Virus record (IMG/VR): IMGVR_UViG_2706796186_000001
Coordinates: 1-64,000 of that record
Origin: a virus
Lineage: Duplodnaviria > Caudoviricetes
Direction: 5' to 3' (one strand)
Length of the DNA stretch: 64,000 bases
Each line of letters starts with the position of its first letter. Position 1 is the stretch's first letter. Both the position numbers and the translations under genes were made by a program. Under the pieces are notes generated by a model that searched no databases, was not told the origin of the DNA, and worked only from the letters and a program-made list of their open reading frames with translations. Shown here in pieces: positions 1 to 5,633 of this stretch.

Positions 1-474
1 ATGACCACGATTGCGTACGACGGGAAAACGCTGGCGTCTGATAGCCAGACGACCCAAGACGGTATTCGCCTGTCGAACTCGGCAGTGAAAATCTTTTCAG
101 CCACACATCGTGACTGGGCAGTCGAGGGGAAGCGCATTGTCGCTTTCGGTGTAGCCGGTAATCTCCACGCCGCTAACGACCTCCGCAACGCAATGGAAAC
201 GTTTGCTGGCCACAAAGCCGGTGACCCGTTTGCCAAAGGTGTGACGTTCGCGTTCATCGCGATTGCCGAAGACCGTACCGTGTTTGTTGGCGGGAAGTAT
301 TCCGATGACGACCGTTCGTGGGTCGTACAAGCTGAATCTCCCGTTGCTGTTGGCAGTGGCGGTGATTTCGCCATAGGTGCCATGGCCGCAGGGGCCAAAG
401 CCGAAGACGCTGTGAGGATTGCATCGAAGTTTGATGTGAACACCAACGATTCGGTTACCTCCATCGATTGTTAG
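1..474 (+). CDS. HslV/proteasome-beta-like Ntn-hydrolase (threonine peptidase)
   Basis: N-terminus MTTIA...ASDSQTT (Thr nucleophile after Met removal), GSG motif and terminal D-x-x-T typical of the HslV/proteasome beta fold; the start sits at the window edge. Confidence 0.7.
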   Translation: MTTIAYDGKTLASDSQTTQDGIRLSNSAVKIFSATHRDWAVEGKRIVAFGVAGNLHAANDLRNAMETFAGHKAGDPFAKGVTFAFIAIAEDRTVFVGGKYSDDDRSWVVQAESPVAVGSGGDFAIGAMAAGAKAEDAVRIASKFDVNTNDSVTSIDC

Positions 475-486
475 GGAGTTTCACAG

Positions 487-825
487 ATGTCTTCTCACGA
501 TAAACCGCTGATGCTGATTTACAATATCCAGTACACGCTGGATGAAATCGCCAACGCGTTGGGTAACACCCGGATTCCCAATATCCCGATTCTGAAGGAA
601 GTTGTTAGCAACGTTCAGATTCACCAATGGGATGGGTCTAACCACTGCACCGTAGCCGTCGTTACCACCCGCGGTCATATCTGCACGATGGATACATGGC
701 AAGAACCTAACGCAGAAAACCTGCACCGTGTTCTGAACGGTGCGTTGGAACACGCGTTGAAGAATGCAGCTCGGGCGTGGCTCGGTTCGCAAATCAACGG
801 TCTGTCCGACAACGTAGCGTTCTAA
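487..825 (+). CDS. hypothetical phage protein
   Basis: 112-aa ORF with GGGAG Shine-Dalgarno and phage-like codon usage. Confidence 0.75.
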   Translation: MSSHDKPLMLIYNIQYTLDEIANALGNTRIPNIPILKEVVSNVQIHQWDGSNHCTVAVVTTRGHICTMDTWQEPNAENLHRVLNGALEHALKNAARAWLGSQINGLSDNVAF

Positions 826-858
826 AAAAGTCTAATTACAAGAATACCTTGTGATATG
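826..858 (+). promoter_or_regulatory. putative phage promoter upstream of tRNA cluster 1
   Basis: AAAAGTCTAATTACAAGAATAC (826-847) is repeated exactly at 3997-4018; both copies have a TATG ending 11 nt later. Confidence 0.6.
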
Positions 859-882
859 CTGAGAAGCACGTAAATGAATTTT

Positions 883-959
883 GGGGGAGTAGTTCAATTG
901 GCGAGAGCGTCGGATTCCAAATCCGGTTGTTGCAGGTTCGAGTCCTGTCTCCCCTGCCA
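883..959 (+). tRNA. tRNA-Trp (CCA)
   Basis: GGGGGAG/CTCCCCT acceptor, anticodon loop TTCCAAA, GGTTCGAGTCC T arm, encoded CCA. Confidence 0.95.
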
Positions 960-1022
960 AATTTAGCCAGCAAGAATGTGAGAAACCGCGGAAGACCAAA
1001 TAGTCAATCGCTGGAGAATCTC

Positions 1023-1250
1023 ATGAACCTGTATTTGCTAGAACGTCAAGACGATGTCGGTTACGACGAGTTTGATTCCATAGTCGTTGCAGCTCCTTCG
1101 GAAGCTGTAGCGCGCGCAACGAAGCCCGGCTGGCGAGGGCGTTGGACTGATGTGTATTGCGACGAAGACGGAGTAATCCTGAGATGCGAACTCATTGGTA
1201 CCACGCACTTAGAGGCTGGGGTCGTCCATGCATCGTTCAATGCAGGCTGA
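1023..1250 (+). CDS. small hypothetical phage protein
   Basis: GGAG SD then ATG at 1023 (MNLYLLERQDDVGYDEFDSIVVAA...ASFNAG); the upstream part of the tracked ORF overlaps the tRNA. Confidence 0.75.
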   Translation: MNLYLLERQDDVGYDEFDSIVVAAPSEAVARATKPGWRGRWTDVYCDEDGVILRCELIGTTHLEAGVVHASFNAG

Positions 1251-1280
1251 ATACCGGTGGGCTTCGGCCCACCACACCTT

Positions 1281-1354
1281 GGGGCGCTGGCCGAGTGGTT
1301 AGGCGCTGGATTGCAAATCCTGTTACCGCGGTTCGATTCCGCGGCGTCCCTCCA
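1281..1354 (+). tRNA. tRNA-Cys (GCA)
   Basis: GGGGCGC/GCGTCCC acceptor, U73 discriminator, loop TTGCAAA, GGTTCGATTCC T arm, CCA. Confidence 0.93.
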
Positions 1355-1496
1355 AATCTTCTGTCTCGCCCGACAGATATACTTTACAAAAAAACCCGTA
1401 GAGCCTTTCGGGGGTGAAGCTAGTTGGAGTGGTTGTTCACTCTACGGTCTTCTACTCCTGGGCGCTGGCTCACCCACCTAAAGGATAAAAAGAATT

Positions 1497-1922
1497 ATGT
1501 TCGGTCTTTTCAAAAAACGCGCTAACCGTGCTATGTCTGAAATCAAAAAATTCGACAAACGTGACCTGGCAGAAGCCGTGGTTAACGCCGCTTACCTGAT
1601 TGCGTACGCGGATGGCGAGCTGGAATCTTCTGAGAAATCGAAAATCGATCAGGTGCTGCGTGCCAACCCGGTACTGTCTAACTTCCAGTCCGAGCTGAAC
1701 ACAATTGCTTCTACAATCATCGCTCAGCTGGAAGCGGACATCGACATCGGTCGTCGTGCTGCCCTGCGCCAGATTGCTGATGTGAAAGGCGACCAGCGCG
1801 AGTGTGAAGACGTTCTGGACGTTGCTGTGGCTATTGCCCGTGCTGATGGCGAAATCGAACCGGCAGAAGTTGAAATGCTGAAACAGATCGCCGAAGCGCT
1901 GGGTCTGCGTTACGACGCGTAA
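1497..1922 (+). CDS. terB: TerB-family (tellurite resistance/DjlA N-terminal-like) protein
   Basis: Two A-D-G-x-x-x-x-x-E motifs (IAYADGELESSE, IARADGEIEPAE) in a helical protein; AAGGA SD; high-expression codon bias. Confidence 0.8.
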   Translation: MFGLFKKRANRAMSEIKKFDKRDLAEAVVNAAYLIAYADGELESSEKSKIDQVLRANPVLSNFQSELNTIASTIIAQLEADIDIGRRAALRQIADVKGDQRECEDVLDVAVAIARADGEIEPAEVEMLKQIAEALGLRYDA

Positions 1923-1925
1923 GCC

Positions 1926-2108
1926 ATGAAGCTGAAAACCAAGTTATACATCGGGGCCGCGTTGCTACTGATGCTGCTTGGCAACTTCGTTGGGCGAGCC
2001 TTTACGTTAATCGCCTACGTAGCTGTAATCGGCGTAGTAGCCTATCTGGCCTGGCCTGTCATCAAGAAGTTTGCGGCGAAGTCGCAGGCGAAGGTGAAAG
2101 GCAAGTAG
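1926..2108 (+). CDS. small membrane protein (2 hydrophobic segments)
   Basis: 60 aa with two hydrophobic stretches and a basic tail; starts 3 nt after terB. Confidence 0.7.
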   Translation: MKLKTKLYIGAALLLMLLGNFVGRAFTLIAYVAVIGVVAYLAWPVIKKFAAKSQAKVKGK

Positions 2109-2114
2109 TAATTC

Positions 2115-2150
2115 GGTGCGGGGGTCGTTCCCTCCGCACCACCCTTTTAT
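2115..2150 (+). terminator. putative terminator/attenuating hairpin
   Basis: GGTGCGGGGG/CCTCCGCACC stem followed by a short T run. Confidence 0.45.
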
Positions 2151-2174
2151 TCTCATCTAAAAATAGGTATAACC

Positions 2175-3014
2175 ATGAGAAAGGTGCTTTTCGGAATACT
2201 TGCAGCGTTGACGTTTAGCATGTCCGCAGTCGCGGCAGACGAAGTAGTGATTACCACAGGACAGCAGGGCCTGACCTATAACTCGGTCTATGGCGTTAAT
2301 CTGGCCGGTGCCATCAGCGAGTTCGGTACTCGTGCACGGGTCATCCCGTCGAAGGGGTCGTTAGACAACCTCGATAAAGTTGCCGCCGGTGAAGCCCAGA
2401 TTGGTTTCACGCAGGCAGATGCTTTCCAGTTCTGGCGCGCTAAGCACCCGAACGAAGCGCAGAACGTTGACATCGTCGGTCAGCTGGCCCGTGAATGTGT
2501 CTGGGTCGCTGTCAAGAAAGATGGCAAAGTTAAAGATGCGAAAGATTTAACCGATGGCGTGAAAATCGCAGTCGGTGAACCGGACTCTGGCTCCTACGCC
2601 AGTTGGCAATATCTGCAACAGTTGGTGAAAGAGTATTCCAAAGCGGAAACTTACGCCAAGGGCGGTATCCGTTCGTTGTCCAAAGTGGCAACGGGTGAAT
2701 ACGACGCATTCCTGTGGGTATCTGCGCCGGATAAAAGCAACAAATTCCTCGAAGCGGTCAATCAAGACAGTTCTGGTTTAGAGCTGATTGACATGAGCAC
2801 ATGGAACGTCAACGACAAACTGCCTAACGGCCAGTCTGTGTATACGAAAGAAACGGCCAAGACAGACAAGACCGCGTTCTTCGGTAAGAAAGTTGATGTT
2901 CCGTGCACCACCACACTCGTCGTGGCCAACACTGACGCTGGTGATGATCTGCTCGAAACCGTTTCTACCATCCTCCTGAAAAACAATTCACGAGTGATGG
3001 GGGACAAAAAATAA
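2175..3014 (+). CDS. TAXI-family TRAP solute-binding (periplasmic) protein
   Basis: Sec signal peptide ending AVAA; motifs ITTGQQGLTY, SKGSLDNL, GFTQAD, AVGEPDSGS characteristic of TAXI receptors. Confidence 0.8.
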   Translation: MRKVLFGILAALTFSMSAVAADEVVITTGQQGLTYNSVYGVNLAGAISEFGTRARVIPSKGSLDNLDKVAAGEAQIGFTQADAFQFWRAKHPNEAQNVDIVGQLARECVWVAVKKDGKVKDAKDLTDGVKIAVGEPDSGSYASWQYLQQLVKEYSKAETYAKGGIRSLSKVATGEYDAFLWVSAPDKSNKFLEAVNQDSSGLELIDMSTWNVNDKLPNGQSVYTKETAKTDKTAFFGKKVDVPCTTTLVVANTDAGDDLLETVSTILLKNNSRVMGDKK

Positions 3015-3017
3015 AAA

Positions 3018-3650
3018 TATGTACTGACCCAGTGCATCTTTTCGGGCTGGGTAGGGTTAATGTCCCTACCTGCGCGGTGTTCGTTAAGGCTGGTAACGTT
3101 CGCTAAGACCTATCGCATACCCGTAAGTCGATAGCAGCCGGTTACACAAAGAACTATCCATGTGGTAGGTAACCGACCGTTCACGATCTCATTAGGTGAG
3201 CAAATAATCTATGCAAGGACTTCTAGGATTTGTGCTCGACATGATGGGCAGCTTACGCCGCCTCATCAAGCAGTTACGAATCTGGAAGCTTGCCCATTAC
3301 TGGTTTACAGGCGAAAAGGCATCTCGTGAGAGTGTGCCATGCAAACTGCGTATTTACATTAGTATGTTCACTGCGGTGAGCATAGGTCAAGCCCCGGAAC
3401 GATAAGCCGGTCAGCTACGCCTGTAAAATACAATCTGAAAATCATAATGGGATTAAGTTCCCAGATTTGAAAAGGCGACTGTGTGTCGTCGGCGATAACC
3501 CCCCGTCGTGGACTCGGTTATCCCAAAGGTAATGTGAAAGGGGTTGGTGCTTGGAGGCGCTAAGACCGGCGGATACGCTGGCTCAGAAGAAGAAGAAGTC
3601 CATCAACCCCGTTCTCACCTGAGTAACACCCTTTACAAGGCGTTACTTAT
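3018..3650 (+). ncRNA. putative large, multi-helix non-coding RNA (~630 nt)
   Basis: No credible ORF; more than 12 helices seen by eye, including 3304-3313/3418-3427 and 3540-3549/3601-3610; strand is inferred from the flanking genes. Confidence 0.6.
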
Positions 3651-3671
3651 ATATGCGAAAGCGAGGTGAAC

Positions 3672-3998
3672 ATGGGAATGTATCGTGAAGGCCCTGAAAG
3701 CACGGTGACTCACCGTAATCATGATTACTCTGTGGATGCATTGCTGGATATAGCGGAACGTCATAGCCTCGTTCAAATTCCAGTGTCTAGAATAGAATGG
3801 ATTTTAAACGAGACTACGCTCGATGATGAGCGGGTTAAGAATGCAGATACGGATTATCCAATAATCGTGCTGCACGAAGGAAGTTTGTATATTGTATTAG
3901 ACGGTGCCCATCGCCTTGCGAAGGCGGTAGCCGAAGGCAAAGACACCATCGCAGCCAAGATATTGGTGCCTGCGAATTTACCGAAACCGGTACGATAA
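3672..3998 (+). CDS. ParB/Sulfiredoxin N-terminal domain protein
   Basis: YPIIV...IVLDGAHRLAKA motif (DGxHR); GAGG SD before ATG 3672. Confidence 0.75.
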   Translation: MGMYREGPESTVTHRNHDYSVDALLDIAERHSLVQIPVSRIEWILNETTLDDERVKNADTDYPIIVLHEGSLYIVLDGAHRLAKAVAEGKDTIAAKILVPANLPKPVR

Positions 3999-4029
3999 AA
4001 GTCTAATTACAAGAATACACTGTATTATG
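3997..4029 (+). promoter_or_regulatory. putative phage promoter upstream of tRNA/ncRNA cluster 2
   Basis: Second exact copy of the 22-bp element, with TATG at the same spacing. Confidence 0.6.
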
Positions 4030-4109
4030 TCGGAAACCCGATTTGATGTTGCACAGAGCGTTACGCTGCGGCGTTTGCTGGTGTGCAGGGTTAGGTCGGG
4101 ATTCTGGCA
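4028..4109 (+). ncRNA. long irregular hairpin RNA at the head of the cluster
   Basis: TGTCGGAA/TTCTGGCA, CCCGATTT/AGGTCGGG and TGCAC/GTGCA nested helices. Confidence 0.4.
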
Positions 4110-4116
4110 CCTATTT

Positions 4117-4202
4117 GGCGGGTTACTCAAGCGGTCAACGAGAGCAGACTGTAAATCTGTTGCCTTCGGGCTTCGTAGGTTCAAATCCTTCACACGCCAC
4201 CA
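4117..4202 (+). tRNA. tRNA-Tyr (GTA)
   Basis: Loop CTGTAAA, long variable arm, CCA; one mismatch in the acceptor stem and one in the T stem. Confidence 0.9.
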
Positions 4203-4208
4203 AACAAT

Positions 4209-4428
4209 GGTACCTGTCACAGCAGCCCTTGAGGCTTACGCGATGATGACTGGTCGCCCATTTTACCGGGTAACACATTCCTGCCAGCGCGCTATTGCCG
4301 CGAAGGTTTGCCCCCGGTGTTGTGCGTTATTCGGGTCTACCCACCATCTGCGGATGGTGCGTTGATGTCTCGATATACGCCATAGGGACGCCTTGAGAAC
4401 TCCGTGAAATTCGGAGAGGTACCACCCA
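4209..4428 (+). ncRNA. tRNA-ended structured RNA (~220 nt)
   Basis: GGTACCT/AGGTACC acceptor-like stem stacked on the CTCCG-TGAAATT-CGGAG T-arm, with several internal hairpins. Confidence 0.55.
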
Positions 4429-4430
4429 TT

Positions 4431-4497
4431 CTTGTGTTTCCTTATCCTGAAGACATTCCTAAGACAAATTCATTCATGGTCGAGGAAACACAGAACC
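4431..4497 (+). ncRNA. small RNA motif, copy 1
   Basis: TGTGTTTCCT/AGGAAACACA stem enclosing sequence shared with 5563-5633. Confidence 0.55.
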
Positions 4498-4503
4498 TAT
4501 TCA

Positions 4504-4579
4504 GGTGCTATCGTCTAGTGGCCGAGGATACTACCCTGTCACGGTAGAGACCGGAGTTCGATTCTCCGTAGCACCGCCA
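4504..4579 (+). tRNA. tRNA-Asp (GTC)
   Basis: Canonical cloverleaf, loop CTGTCAC, G73, CCA. Confidence 0.95.
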
Positions 4580-4587
4580 TTTTCAAA

Positions 4588-4663
4588 TGCGTCTTAGCTC
4601 AGTTGGTAGAGCGCACCCCTGATAAGGGTGAGGCCACTGGTTCAAGTCCAGTAGATGCAACCA
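4588..4663 (+). tRNA. tRNA-Ile (GAT)
   Basis: Canonical cloverleaf, loop CTGATAA, CCA. Confidence 0.95.
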
Positions 4664-4670
4664 GTATTGC

Positions 4671-4747
4671 ATTCCCGTCATCTAGTTGGTCCAGGATACG
4701 ACACTTTCACTGTCGGTACACGAGTTCAAATCTCGTCGGGAATACCA
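4671..4747 (+). tRNA. tRNA-Glu (TTC)
   Basis: ATTCCCG/CGGGAAT acceptor, loop CTTTCAC, CCA. Confidence 0.93.
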
Positions 4748-4752
4748 TTTGT

Positions 4753-4843
4753 AGAGAATTGACTGAGTTGGTTTAAGGTGCTCCCCTGCTAAGGGAGTGT
4801 ATGCGAAAGTGTACCATTGGTTCGAATCCAATATTCTCTGCCA
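4753..4843 (+). tRNA. tRNA-Ser (GCT)
   Basis: AGAGAAT/ATTCTCT acceptor, loop CTGCTAA, long variable arm, G73, CCA. Confidence 0.93.
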
Positions 4844-5019
4844 TGTTCTCTTGCTGTGGGAAATAGAAGCGAACGTAGAAACGCCGGTTAGCTCAAAGCT
4901 TAGAGCGTCTCATCTTCGGATGAGAAGGTTGGGGGCGCAACCCGAAATCCCTATCGGCAACGGCCTGCTTGTCAGGATTAGAAACATCTACGTGGATGGG
5001 TACTTCTACAGCAAGAACA
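4844..5019 (+). ncRNA. structured RNA containing an internal tRNA-like domain
   Basis: 13-bp closing helix 4849-4861/5004-5016 enclosing a tRNA-like module at 4882-4960. Confidence 0.55.
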
Positions 5020-5224
5020 AAACAGTGGGAGCATTGTCCACTGTGACACCGGCAAAGGTTTCGACCTTGCGGGTTGGGCGGAAGCCCGATGTTCCCCCGA
5101 ACGCTGGCCTTCTGGCCAATACAGTGAAAGCTTACCCTTGCCGATGATCACCTCTTCTGCTGCTGCCAACACACTGTATAACCAGAATCAGTCCTGCCTT
5201 AAATGGCAAGCGTTCACCCTTTAC

Positions 5225-5302
5225 GTTTCCTCAAGGCGGCTTGGGGTGTTATCTCTCGGCTCTGTTGGGTAACATCGTGGTTCAACTCCATGGGAAACAC
5301 CA
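5225..5302 (+). ncRNA. tRNA-like four-helix RNA ending in ACCA
   Basis: GTTTCCT/GGGAAAC acceptor, GG-TTCAACT-CC T loop, 10-bp arm with a 12-nt loop in place of an anticodon arm. Confidence 0.55.
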
Positions 5303-5308
5303 AACAAT

Positions 5309-5400
5309 GGCTCCGTAGCTAAATCGGTAGAGGCAGACTTTAATTAGTTCTCCAACGATTTTATAATCGCGTGGTGTAGGTTCAAGTCCTACCGGAGCAA
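5309..5400 (+). pseudogene. degenerate tRNA (Leu-TAA-like)
   Basis: Good D and T arms and a long variable arm; broken anticodon stem, G1:A72 mismatch, no encoded CCA. Confidence 0.55.
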
Positions 5401-5477
5401 GAGCACTGCTGTTAAGTTGGTTAACACCCGACCCATACTCGGATATTCGCACGTTCGATTCGTGCCAGTGCTCGCCC
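5401..5477 (+). tRNA. atypical tRNA with CAT anticodon (8-bp acceptor stem)
   Basis: GAGCACTG/CAGTGCTC, TGTTAA/TTAACA D stem, loop CCCATAC, GCACG-TTCGATT-CGTGC T arm; ends GCCC. Confidence 0.6.
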
Positions 5478-5484
5478 TTATTTA

Positions 5485-5560
5485 GACTCTGTAGTTCAGT
5501 TGGTAGAACGGTGGACTGTTAATCCATATGTCGCAGGTTCGAGTCCTGCCAGAGTCGCCA
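5485..5560 (+). tRNA. tRNA-Asn (GTT)
   Basis: Canonical cloverleaf, loop CTGTTAA, G73, CCA. Confidence 0.95.
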
Positions 5561-5562
5561 CA

Positions 5563-5633
5563 TTTTGCATTGCCCGAGTCCCGAATGACATTCCGGAAAA
5601 ATATCATCCATGGTCACGGGCAGTGCAGAACCA
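5563..5633 (+). ncRNA. small RNA motif, copy 2
   Basis: TGCATTGCCCG/CGGGCAGTGCA stem enclosing the shared motif; ends GAACCA. Confidence 0.55.

Noticed and set aside
1497-1922. Functional tellurite resistance locus
   Set aside because: Only a TerB-family gene is present; terC, terD and terZ are absent from the window
3366-3374. GTTCACTGC, matching the start of the type I-F CRISPR repeat (possible RNA anti-CRISPR)
   Set aside because: The match ends after 9 nt, the repeat hairpin and GAAA end are absent, and the bases form part of a local hairpin
3211-3405. 64-aa ORF inside the large intergenic region
   Set aside because: No clear SD, atypical composition, and it overlaps several strong helices; more likely incidental to an ncRNA
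4209-4428. Canonical tmRNA (ssrA)
   Set aside because: No G3:U70 pair, no GGGGC 5' end, too short, and no recognisable tag frame; kept as an unknown tRNA-ended RNA
5045-5220. Group I intron or RNase P RNA
   Set aside because: I could not identify the P7 (R/S) elements or the RNase P P4 consensus by eye
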